DNA of 63,821 nt, filler included, from Reticulomyxa filosa (GCA_000512085.1; 19 parts of 19 records of this genome joined end to end with filler, not necessarily neighbours in it), one strand, 5' to 3'. Counted from the whole stretch's first letter, positions 12,869 to 24,425 are shown. Translations and numbers: made by a program. The notes: generated by a model not told the origin, from the sequence alone.

Positions 12869-14162
12869 TCAAATTATTCCGCCACGCTGTTTCACAAGCA
12901 TTTTTTGTTCATCTTCCAAACCCTTTGTATCCTTCCAAATACTTCCTTTCATTGATAAACCACTTTGAGTGCCTATTTTCCAAATATAATCCACAACACT
13001 AGTCTCAGTTACATCAACAATTTTACCATTTTCACTACCCCATAATCGAATTGTTTTATCTTCGGAACATGACACTAGTTTTGAGCCATCAGGAGATAAG
13101 TCAATGCAATTAATATAACCATTATGTCCTTCTAACACTTGAATTTGTTTTCCTAAAGAAGTATCCCATATTCGAATCGTTTTATCTCTTGAATATGAAA
13201 TAATTTTGGAACCATCCAATAAATATTTTATTCTGGGTATAAAATCAGAATGCCCATTTAATATTTGAATTTGTTTTCCAGTCAATACATCACATAATTC
13301 AATCGTTTTATTTAAGCAAATCGCAATTGTAGTACCATCCGGAGAAAATATTGCTTCAGTCGCACATTCACTTACTTCGTATGAAAAAAGCTGTCTTCCA
13401 GATGATATATCCCACACTCGAATCGTTTTATCCCATGAACACGATACAAGTTTGGAATCATCTGGTGAAATGTGTATCATATGTGCGGAATCTTGATGTC
13501 CTTCAAATATCTGAATTTGTTCATTAGATAGAAAATCACACAATTTGATTGTATTAGCTGAACAAAATATAATTCTACGTCCATCTGACAAGAATTGTGC
13601 ATATACAGCTCTCCCTAATTGATTTTGTGTTCCTGATGATATATCCCATATTCTAATTCCATTAAATGAACATATTACAAGTTTGGAACCATCTGGCGAA
13701 AATTGCACTTTACTCACCAAATTTAAACGCTCGTCCAATAATTGAAGTTGTTTTCCTGATAATACATCCCATATTCGGATTGTTTTATCAGATGAATACG
13801 ATGCAATTTTAGAACCGTCTGGAGAAAATAATACTCCACTTATACTATCTGAATGACCTTCAAATACTTGAGTTTGTCTCCCTGATTGTGCATCCCACAA
13901 TCTAATTGTTTTATCCCCTGAACTTGATACAATTTTTGAACCATCAGGAGAAAATTTTACTGCTGTTATAGTGTCTATATACCCTTCTGTTAACTGAATT
14001 TTTCTTTCTAAAGAAATATCCCATATTCGAATAGTACAATCACCTGAACATGACAAAATTTTGGATTCATTTGGAAAAAATGTCACACTGGATATATACG
14101 ATAAATGTCCTTCTAATGCTTGAATTTGTTTTCCAGATGATACATCCCATAGTCGAATTGTA
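12869..14162 (-). CDS. High-identity WD40-repeat array with a pentapeptide-like C-terminal tail, 3' part
   Basis: About 9 repeats of the form (F/L)EGH...V.FSPDGSKIVS.S.DKTIRIWD..SGKQ.Q; tail GLSMKGSIWKDTKGLEDEQKMLVKQRGG. The frame is open to the contig edge. Confidence 0.92.
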
Positions 14163-14837
14163 NNNNNNNNNNNNNNNNNNNNNNNNNNNNNNNNNNNNNN
14201 NNNNNNTTAATTAATTAANNNNNNNNNNNNNNNNNNNNNNNNNNNNNNNNNNNNNNNNNNNNTTTCTTTTTCGAAAAACGTTACAGTCTTTTTCACAGTT
14301 TTGCTAGCAATTCATACAATGTTATTTGCTTGCTAAGAGTCTGTTTTGTACTAATACCAACGTTTTTTTTGTCCTTCTTTTTTGTGCACATTTTAAATAA
14401 GTTTTTTTCATTATTTTTGGGATAGATTGTTTATGGAAAACAATCAATATAACATTGACATATCTCAAATGTTGAAATAATTCTAAATTTTATTCAAGCA
14501 AGTTTTACCATTTTTTTTTCAACTTTCAAAAAAAATTACATTTCTTCGATTTACACCCTAACAAACTCCTCTTTTTATTTTCAATAATTAATTTTTCACC
14601 AAGCTTGAAATTTGTTGCAAACGAATTTGAAGAATTAAAAAGGTTGTTGGATTGCACATAAGTTCATCGATCCAAGTATCCATAAAAAAATCCCCAGAAT
14701 CTCAAAAAGTAGTTTTCCCTTCAGTCACCTCCCTCACATCCAAGAAACAGTAAAAAATCCGTCAAAAAAGGAATATTGCAATTTTACTTGAAACATTTTT
14801 TTTCTGACTTTTATATGGCCAAAAAAAAGGCTATTAT

Positions 14838-15257
14838 TTAAAGTATAATACAATCTTCTTTTTTTGGCGAATTGTGGTTGTGCCCAATGCGTATATTTCC
14901 ACACAACTTTTGCAATTCCTGATAAGACTCGTCAAACGTTGTAATAAAGCCTTCTTTGTCTGGAATTGCGTCAAATCCTCGTTCGTGAATTAGCTTGTTT
15001 CGAATTGTGGCTAATCGGCGCATGTTTCTTTCCAATTGTCGCGGAAAAGGGGAGCCACGGTTACGAGAGTTGTATTTTTCAATCCCAGATGTTATTTTTT
15101 CGTGGAGTCCTTTTCCCTCTGCCTGAAAATATTCTGTCAATACACCTTCCAGCTCTTTTGACAAGCGAATAGCTAATTCGTAATCATTGTTTATTTTATA
15201 TACCCAACGTAACGCATGTGTGTCTTGCGTGGATTGTGTAGATTGTTCTCCACCCAT
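14838..15257 (-). CDS. Small HEPN-domain (DUF4145-like) protein with N-myristoylation and CaaX signals
   Basis: Intronless, 139 aa. LE..L...F.AEGKGLHEKI...L..IRNKLIH carries the HEPN R-x4-H motif. N-terminus MGGEQS fits MGxxxS; C-terminus is CIIL. Confidence 0.75.
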   Translation of the reverse strand: MGGEQSTQSTQDTHALRWVYKINNDYELAIRLSKELEGVLTEYFQAEGKGLHEKITSGIEKYNSRNRGSPFPRQLERNMRRLATIRNKLIHERGFDAIPDKEGFITTFDESYQELQKLCGNIRIGHNHNSPKKEDCIIL

Positions 15258-16194
15258 TATTTTTTATGATACAAGCAAACTACAAAAAAAGATTGAATGA
15301 AAAGTTCTGTGATACCTTTTAAAGTCTCAACAGCTACAGCACTTTAAACATAGTCACTTAATTAGAGTTTAAGAAATTGATATTCGCTGTTTGCTATTTT
15401 TTAGCCGTTGAAACGTTTGCATGTGATATCAACAAATACTACTAAACAACAATAAATATTCTTTTTCGTATTGACCAGTGCTTTATATTTTGATAGAAGT
15501 TATAAAAATAAATTTTGACAATGTTACCAGAATTCAAAAATTTTATCTTTTGAACACAACAAAAGATTTCCAAAATTGAGTTTCTATCTCAAGATATAAT
15601 ATGTCAGACAAAATATTGCAAGAGATGAAACTTTTATTGGAAAATAAACTTCAGAAAAGTAAATTTATAACTTTTGTTTGGTTGGTTTTTCTATGAAAAT
15701 TAGTTAAAAAGAATATAAAGTGCAATTTTTATTGTCATATATGTAGCAACAAATGCCATAAAATATCTTATGTGTACACTGTCCAAAAATTTGGATAGTC
15801 GTATTTGATATTTACAAATTTTTAATCATAATATAAACTTGANNNNNNNNNNNNNNNNNNNNNNNNNNNNNNNNNNNNNNNNNNNNTTAATTAATTAANN
15901 NNNNNNNNNNNNNNNNNNNNNNNNNNNNNNNNNNNNNNNNNNTAAATATCCATCAAACAACAAAAAAAATGATCAACGAATATTTTTTTCTACATTTTTG
16001 TCAACTATAAAAATTTTTATCGACAATTTTATTTTGTTTTATTTTTTGAGTTTGTGGAGAGCTTGGAGCAGAAGTTGGTAAGTGCAATCCGACAGACGCT
16101 CTTATTGAAAGCAGTTTTCAATAAAGCAAAAGTAAATTAATAAAAGAACAACAACAAAAGGAAAGAAAGCAACGAAAAAAGTGAAGATAGTTTT

Positions 16195-16267
16195 GGAGAA
16201 GTTCAGTCCACGGGGGACTCTTCAGACCCTTCAGAGTTTCTCCCTCTGTAGTAGAGTCTTGCCCTAC
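16195..16267 (-). repeat. Dispersed structured element with a hammerhead-like core, copy 1
   Basis: Minus strand reads GTAGGGC-AAG-ACTCTAC hairpin ... GGAGAA ACTC-TGAA-GGGT CTGAAGA GTCC-CCCGT-GGAC TGAAC TTCTCC. Aligns with 60430-60500 (+). Confidence 0.55.
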
Positions 16268-16883
16268 AAGTTTTTAAGAGTTGTTTTTTGTAATTTGTTT
16301 TGTTTATTTGGAATGTTTCATTATGAGGTATTTTTTAGTGTTCGGTTTTTTCTCCTTCAAAATTTTTGTTTTAAAAATAAAACGTTTTCAAACTCTGTCA
16401 AATACAGATCCATTGATAACCTTTGAAATGGAGAAAATTGTTGCATAATTTCAATATACAAGCGAAATCAGCAAAAAAGTGTACGAATTGACGGGAGTTT
16501 CTTGTTTGTACGTACACTTTAGTGCACTTGACTTCACACACGCTTTTTTAGTTGTTCGTGGCCATGAAATAGCTTTCGCAAATCGAACTATTAGCACGAA
16601 TTACACAAAGCAAGTTTTGTTGAAGAGTAATCCACAGTTTCATTTTGCAATCTTTCTGGGGAAAAACAAACCAATACCAACAATTAAACGCTGTTGTTTG
16701 GAGGATGAATATAACGAAAGTACAGATAATGGCAAACTATTCATGAAAAGTTGAAATTGATTCACTGTTTAACGTTTGAAAGGGTAAACATGGACAAACA
16801 TTTTGAATAGCAAAAAATTCCCAAAAAAATTTAGATTGAGAAATAAAGTAATTAATGTTCTTTTAAAAATGCATTTCATATCA

Positions 16884-18599
16884 TTATTCTTTTGCTTTTT
16901 GCTCCAATTCTCGACTTTGAGCTTGAACTTGAAGATTGACCAATATACCGATACTGGTATTTATACTAGTCAAAGTTTCCTCCATTCTATTTAATGTTTC
17001 CAATTTTTTTAAATTTTCTAATTGATCCAGTTTTTTGGACATATCTTTCACGTCAGTAGTAATTTTTTTTGTATCGGAAGAAAGTTGATCCATAGTCTTT
17101 TTGAGACATAAAGCGACAATTAATCCATATTGTTGATCAAATGTAAAATATAGAGCACGCGATCCATACGTATGTAATGTATTTTTAAGGAACTCGAGTT
17201 CTAAAGCTAAATCAGCACATTTCGTGAAATCGCGTTCTACTACTGGAATGAATTGTGAATAAAAAGCTGTTTACATAAATAATAAATTATATAGCAAAAA
17301 GATTTATTCAATTGTTTATGTTTGTATTTATATGCAATGAAAAACTGTTTGTTAAAGATTGATCAATAATAAATACTGTTTGCTCAGTGTGCATTTTGTT
17401 CATTTCTCTAATCAACGTATTGTGTTGAGCTTTAACTAAGTCATTTCTCTTGTACTCGATGTAGTTTGAAAGTTGATCGATTTCGAACATTCCTTCTACT
17501 GTGACAACGATTTCTTCTTTCTTTGAACCAAAGCTAATCATTACTCCGAGAACCTCTTCAAGTAACTGACAATTAATCTTATTCTTCATTACTTTTTGTT
17601 TCTTTATTACTTTTTAGTTATTTTTTTTTCTCTTGTATTATGAACACACGAGACTATTATCTCCAAAGAGTAGCTCTTTGGAAGCTTATCAAATTTTTTA
17701 CCTTTTCTTTCGTACAACATCTTTTTAAGGAAAATTACAGCACTTTTGCAGATAGGCGGTAACTACATGATACATTTCACCTATTTTTTCATGTTACATA
17801 TTTACATATACAAACAATACAAAAAATCTAGTTTAAACAATGTACTACTGATAAAATTGAATTCCAATTGCCAAGTTGACTTGGACAATTTTTTAGTTGT
17901 CAAATCCGATTTATCGATACGATTCAGGATTTCACAGTAAGTTTGTTGAGATTTTGGTTCGTTCAATTGCTTGGCAATGTCGTCAATATTGTTTCCCAAA
18001 TCTTAATGTCCCATAATGTTAATTGCGATGATATACAATGGAACGCAACCAAGACATCAAATTGGATATTTTTCATACAATTAAAATTTAAGGCGTTTTG
18101 CATTGTGTATACTCACGTTCGACAATGTATCCTCATCCTTGGATATCATTTGCTGTCTGTTTAATCAACGTAGCCAAGCGCGAAAAAAACGGACGATATA
18201 CAATTTCTTCAATAATGCCATGATGTGCTGTTCTAAGCACACTTTGTGGAATATCCAGCAAAAACACTAAATCTCCATCGTATGAATCGGCAATGGCTGT
18301 TCCTTTTTGAACACTCCCTCCCAACACTGCCCCAAAAAATTTCGCACCCGACCAATCTTCTTTTTCCTTGTCAAATATACTGAATACATTTTTCTCGATC
18401 ATTTCATTACATAAATTTTGCGCACCTCCACCACTGCTCGGGTTTGATAATCACGGATTTTATAATGCCTTATTGCGCTTTTTACATTCGAAAAAGCGCC
18501 CAAGCTTGATGGCATGTCATCGTCGTCTTTCTCTTGATCCTTTTCGTGTTGCTCATGGATATCAATAAAGCGTATTTTATCAAGAGGTTTGTCTTCCAT
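16884..18599 (-). CDS. 2'-5'-oligoadenylate synthetase (OAS)-like nucleotidyltransferase with an OAS1_C-like domain and a C-terminal coiled coil; reading frame broken several times (errors, tiny introns or pseudogene)
   Basis: Collinear OAS motifs: GGSVQKGTAIADSYDGDLVFLL (about 18260-18321), IQFDVLVAF (about 18040-18066), PKSQQTYCEIL, EFNFISSTLFKLDFL, LPPICKSAVIFLK, LPKSYSLEIIV (about 17652-17684), TVFIIDQSLTN. Confidence 0.8.
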
Positions 18600-19160
18600 T
18601 GGAAAATTCAATCTTTCACAATCTAGCCAAAAGAAAAAAGTAGTTCAAAGTGAAAAACTAAAAAAGTCAACTCCAACAACTTGAACTTTTCGGTCAGCTA
18701 CTTAAAAAAAAGTGGAGAATATCCAATGCATAATAGATTGTTTCGTGTTCTTTGTAATTACTTTATAGAATTAGAAACACTTATCATAGTCCACTAATAA
18801 ATATATTTGGACACAATGAAATTTGTCATAATATCTTCATCGTTGTAATCGAGTAATGCATAATACTTTTGCAATGTAAGATTTGTTATTTGAAGGATTG
18901 CATCGTCAGTGTTATACCCATTCGAAATAGATGGGAAAAACTAAATAAAAAATATGTAGCATAATGTAATATTTTTGAAGACATTCAACAATAAAGACAC
19001 ATTTCACTGTTTTATATTTAATTTTAAAATTGAGCATTAAATAAAAATGTGTAAATGTGCACTTATATTAATATTTATTTCAAACTTTTTGATTATGTTT
19101 AGTGATCAAGTTAAAGCAAAATGGAATATATTTGCGCTGAAAAAGAAAAAAGTTTGAGAT

Positions 19161-19723
19161 TTATGAAAAAGTAGCATTTGCTAAAGATGTACAAGTCAAA
19201 GGACCTTTAGAAGTCATAAAACGAATTCCGTTAAAACAAGCTTCACAACGATCATTAGTTTTTAAAAAAGGAACAACATCATCCCATGGAGTCGGTCCTT
19301 TCTTTTTTTTGGTTTTAAATCAATTTCAGAATCAGGAGTATATCTAGTTAAATCATCATTTTCAAGAATAATACGTTCACCTATTGAACAATCTTTAGGA
19401 GGACGAATTAATTCAATTTTAGATTTGTCAGAATTACTTGCTGCAAATATCATACCATTTGACATTACACCTCTTAAATCTGTTGGTTTTAAATTTTTAA
19501 ATACAATAACAAGTGAATCTCGCACTTCATTTATTGGTACGTGTAATCGCACTGCACTTGCTATTGTGCGTGGTCCAGTTGCTTCTCCTAAATCTATTTC
19601 TTCTACATACATTTTATCTGCATTTTGATGATTTTCACATTTTAATACTTTACCAACAACAAATTCACATCTACCAATAGAAGGAATATTATTATTATTA
19701 TTATCATTTTCATTTGTAGCATT
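19161..19723 (-). CDS. EMAP-II/Myf-like tRNA-binding OB domain (C-terminus of an AIMP1/Arc1p-like protein or a tRNA synthetase)
   Basis: FVVGKVLKCENHQNADKMYVEEIDLGEATGPRTIAS..NLKPTDLRGVMSNGMIFAAS..IELIRPP...IGERI. A frameshift in the A8 run (19303-19310) restores PWDDVVPFLKTNDRCEACFNG..TSKGPLTCTSLANATFS*. Confidence 0.9.
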
Positions 19724-20130
19724 NNNNNNNNNNNNNNNNNNNNNNNNNNNNNNNNNNNNNNNNNNNNTTAATTAATTAANNNNNNNNNNNNNNNNNNNNN
19801 NNNNNNNNNNNNNNNNNNNNNNNTTTTCCTGTTAGACAAAGTAACTTACATGTATTTGCGTTGAAAATGAGCCTTTTCCTATTATTGATGACTATACGCG
19901 CGCATATTGCACAAACCTGCTTTTTTTCACACAAAAAAACGGTCAATAAAATTTCCTTTGATATTACTTGTTAACTTTGCATGGTTTTTGTTTTTGGATG
20001 TACTTTTCTAAAAAATACGGATTGCTTATGTTTACGCACGTCAAGTTCTGGAGCTCCTTCTTTTTAGAAAATTTTCTTTCGTTCTCTTTTGTTTTTTATC
20101 TTAAGTTTAAGAATTCCAACCCTCTTGGAC

Positions 20131-21758
20131 ATGGCCTCAGATATTGAGTTACAATATCAGAATGAAGGAGATAGAATTGGTCAAAATTGTGTTTATCTTG
20201 TTTTATTTTTTTCTTTCTTTCTTTTTGCTCTAAGTTACGTATGGAAAAAATACTGCATTGTGCCAGAGCGATCAAAATCTCAGTCCCCAATGAAAGTGGA
20301 CGTTAATAATGATAAAGAAGAAACAGAGGCTGCGGATAGCAATGACGAAAATGATGACCAAACGCAGTTGAATCCTACAAACAAAGACGTACATAACTTC
20401 AACTGTCCGCTCATAGAAAGGAAACTGTTGCCGTGGGAAGGTATTCCCATAAGATGTTGGACCGTCAATCAATTTACTGGTATTTATTTCCACACCTTTT
20501 GTTTTGAGTGTTTTGTACGTACATATATGTGTATGAGAAAAGAAGCTTGATAAGACAAGTTTAAAAAAAATTTATTTTTTTTTTTTACAAATCCAAAGGA
20601 ACACATAAAACAAAAAAAACCCAGAGTTTGTGAGGTTCATTCTTTCAGACCCCAAAGAACAAAGTGCTATTGAGACTGTTATTTCCAATGCCGACCCCCA
20701 GTGGACTGGGAAACATGTTTTTAACGCACTGAATAATTTCCCAGACACATTTGAAACAATTAAACGTAAAATATTTGGTGAAAATGAACATGCTGCAAAG
20801 ATTTTTTCAGGTGAGGAAAAAAAACGAGGCCTTTGTGTACGAATTAGTTAAAGTCCTTTACTGGATTTTGCAAAAAAAACAACCAGAAAAAGTGCAGAAA
20901 TTGAGTCAATCAAAATTCAAAGGAATGATAGGTCTAAAGAATGTAGGAAACTCTTGTTTTCTTAATGCTGCTGTTCAAGTTTATTATTATTATTTTTTTT
21001 TTTTTACGAATAAAAAGTTTAGAGTGTGCATGTATGTATGGACGTGGGCGTTTTTTTTTAAATTGTTGTTACCAAAAAAAAAAAAAAGTGTTTACTTCAA
21101 GTAAAAGCACTTGTAGATCAGGACAAAGAATTTCATTGTTGCTTTTATAGTGATTGTAATTCCATGGACTGTTTATGGGGAAACCTGATAGCAAATGTTT
21201 ACCGTCGAAATGGAAATGACGATCAGCCACCGCCGTCCGTCTCTTTAAAAAATCTAATGAAAAAAGTGGGAGAAATTGACAGCAGGTGAAATAAGATAAC
21301 TCATTTTTCCATCAACTTAGTCTCTCTTCCTTTTCCTTTCTCCGTCCCTCCTCCCTTCCTTCTTGCAAAAAAAAAAAAAATAGAGCGCACAATTTTATTT
21401 ATGTTTTGTTGAACCATAATCTGTTAATCGTATAGTTTCGCAAAAGGCGTGCAAGGGGACTCGTTTGCCGTGATGCACTGCATATTGAATGAATTGGAGC
21501 AAAGGACAACAAACAAGTTAATTACAATAGAGCGCAATGTCCACAAGAATAAAAATAAGCAAATGAGTACAGAAGATATTCAAAAAAGTGGAGTCGAGCT
21601 TTACAGTCAATTGATATCGAAGGACTCTATCGTCGCGCGAATATTCGACGGTATTGAGTGCAACAAGGTGTATATTCTACTTTTTTTTTTTGCGATTTAT
21701 CTCTATCTCTCCTCGTGGCTTTCTAAGAACGTCTGATTTGCAAAAAAAAAAAAAAAAA
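20131..21758 (+). CDS. Ubiquitin-specific protease (USP, peptidase C19), 5' exons
   Basis: Cys box GMIGLKNVGNSCFLNAAVQ-CL, Q.D box (QGDS..VMHCILNEL), SIVARIFDG. Several poly-T/poly-A introns; truncated at the contig edge. Confidence 0.85.
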
Positions 21759-23227
21759 NNNNNNNNNNNNNNNNNNNNNNNNNNNNNNNNNNNNNNNNNN
21801 NNTTAATTAATTAANNNNNNNNNNNNNNNNNNNNNNNNNNNNNNNNNNNNNNNNNNNNTATCGTTTTATGCGTTCAGTTTTCTTTGCAACATACTGTAGT
21901 TTAAAATTTAACACTTCTACATTTAGACAATCACACGAGAAATATAGCATGAGTACGTGACGAACGCTTGCATAGAAATTTCGTTTTTGGAAAACAGCGC
22001 TGATGATAAGATAAAAAATGTATTGCCAAAACGGTGTGCAGCCAATAAAAACGACCCTTTTCGTTTGTTTTTATGTATTGCGATCCGAGTTTTAAAATTT
22101 CGCTTTCTTAATGAATTATTGATAGTTTTATATAAGAAATGCTTTATCATTGATAACAAAATTATCCTTGAAATATGCAAGGATTTGGTTTTAGGAAAGA
22201 TTTTTCTTCTACATAAAATTTTCAAAAAACGCTAAAATAATAATTGCAGACGCCCTGGTTGTCGCCATTATCTTACAAATGACTTCTTTATTCATGATTA
22301 TATGATATTGAAGAAAGAATTTCAACAATAATAAATGGAAAAAAAAAGAATGACAAGAATGAATAAGCATTGTTGAATTATATCAATAAATTAGTTTCTA
22401 AATATTTTGAGTAAATGAACGGGATGTGAATTTTTTATCTTCACACAAAGTTAGTGTCGAGAATTGAATTGCGTGTCACTCAAATGTATTTGAGTCATAG
22501 AATATCAAAAAGAACAAGTAGACGTTCTTAATTGCAAAAAATTTGAATAAATTATTTCTGCAGCCACACTACTGGAGATGAAAGCATCATTTAGATGAAC
22601 CAACACCAGATGAAGAAATCATTAGTTCATGAAAATGAAAAATTTTGATTTTCACATAGTGAGTTGATGTTAGTACTTTTCTTCAAGTCTTCTCCACTTT
22701 TGCATTTTTTGTTTTTTTTATTTTTTATTGCTCCTGAAGACGTCCTCATGTAGTTAGTAAAGTAAATTTTGACTTTAAAAAAATTTTTTTCATATCAGTA
22801 TGAAAGTCCTTTTAACAAGAAACAGTAAAATACTTTCAAAGTTAAAAAAACGTCATTAATGTCTTGTACACTTTCAACCACTTTCATGAATGGCTCTATT
22901 CTACAACCGGAAACGTAAAATTTATTATTCTTAACTTGAAAATAACGAACGAATGATGCGCAGACTTAATGTTTGTCTTTGCTGACTATCAATTGACGGG
23001 CACAAAGTGTAATACAAATCTCACTCTAGAGATGCTCCAATAAAAACAAGTAAATTTAAATCAACGAAAATGGAAATGATAACAAAAGCAAAAGAAAAGA
23101 CAATAAGTAATAGAGGAGCTTTGGTAAAAGTGATTTCAAGATTCACTTGACTGAATAGTGGAGCCTTGCCCTACAAAAATAACGTAACAATAAATCTTTA
23201 CAAACACCTCTACTTTTTTTATTAAAA

Positions 23228-24290
23228 TCAGGCTTTGATTGTCAAAAGTTTGTCAATTAAATTGTCAACAGCATTTGCTGACTCATTTAAAGACATTTTG
23301 TGAGATTTTAAATTGCTTCTTGTATCACGCAATAGCTTTTTGATGCCGCGAGCGTTTTTAAATTCATTTCCAAGGTTCTTCATTTGCTTGAGCACTTCAT
23401 TTTCTACCTTTTTCTGTGTTTTGTTTGTATTTGTCCAAGTTTTTTTAAGTATCCACCCAAACGAAGATGATTTTGAAACATACAAAAATAATCCTGGACA
23501 TCCTGGACATCCTGGACAGTACTCTTGCTAGCGCTTGTTTTCAATTTTTCTTACTTCCTGTTGCATTTTAGTGACTGCATCCATTCTCTCTTTGGCACTA
23601 TTTGCAGCCTTGTCAACGTTTTCTTCTTGTGCTTTGGTCTTTGCTTCTAATTCTGATAGTTCGTAATCCTGCACTTCAATGCTTGTCAAAACCGCTTCTG
23701 ACTTTAACAAAGCGGCACTTTGACGCGCTTCAAGTTTTGCAATTTTGTCTTTGGCGTCCTCCAAACACTCATCTATCGCATTTTTGTTACTCAAATCAGC
23801 AATTTCATCAACTTCTTGCTCAAGGCTCTTAATCTCTTCTTTCAATTTGGCTGCTGTTTCTCCGATAGAAGTGACACCCTTTTGGATGATATCCGCTTGC
23901 TTTCGGGATTGATCTAAGCAGTGTCTTGCCTCTGAGGATTGCTTATCAAAATTTTCAGTGGTGTTTGTAATCAACTCCAAATCTGATAAAAATAAAAAAA
24001 AGCACTCCATTTTTTGTTTAAAGAGAGAATAGAGGGATGTGAAGTTAAAATATCACCTTCATCATATTTTGAGAAAATGTCAGCTGTTTCACTGATCTTT
24101 TTCATTATTTCTCCAACTTGATTTGCGCTTACCAAATTTGTGGTCCCAAACACTTTTTTAATTTCAGCTGCACACGAACTCGATCCTTGACCTATAAATA
24201 CTGAGTTTGCGATCACGTATCCCCTATTTCTTTTGTGATATTCTTTACACTGCTCCCATGCACGCTTCAGTTCATTTACGTCGGATATGG
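23228..24290 (-). CDS. Coiled-coil protein fragment with one in-frame TAG
   Basis: Heptad-rich ORFs 23528-24010 and 23228-23485 are in the same frame and separated by a single TAG. An upstream exon lies at about 24050-24290. Confidence 0.5.
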
Positions 24291-24425
24291 CTATATGTGT
24301 GCAATATATATTAAGTAAAATAGGTNNNNNNNNNNNNNNNNNNNNNNNNNNNNNNNNNNNNNNNNNNNNTTAATTAATTAANNNNNNNNNNNNNNNNNNN
24401 NNNNNNNNNNNNNNNNNNNNNNNNN

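Noticed and set aside
16251-16267. GTAG-starting hairpins as bacterial REP elements or Helitron ends
   Set aside because: GTAG is paired inside the stem rather than left as a free foot, and there is no RAYT or Rep-helicase gene and no CTAG terminus nearby.
14838-18599. HEPN and OAS-like genes as a CBASS-like operon
   Set aside because: They are on different contigs separated by a linker, in an intron-containing eukaryotic genome. Kept only as a functional hypothesis.
5767-23530. Ciliate-type reassignment of TAA/TAG, suggested by a few in-frame stops
   Set aside because: Conserved genes end normally at TAA (DIM1, NDUFAF5), TAG (NSUN5) and TGA (SPRY, PPR-SMR), and long exons contain no internal TAR codons.
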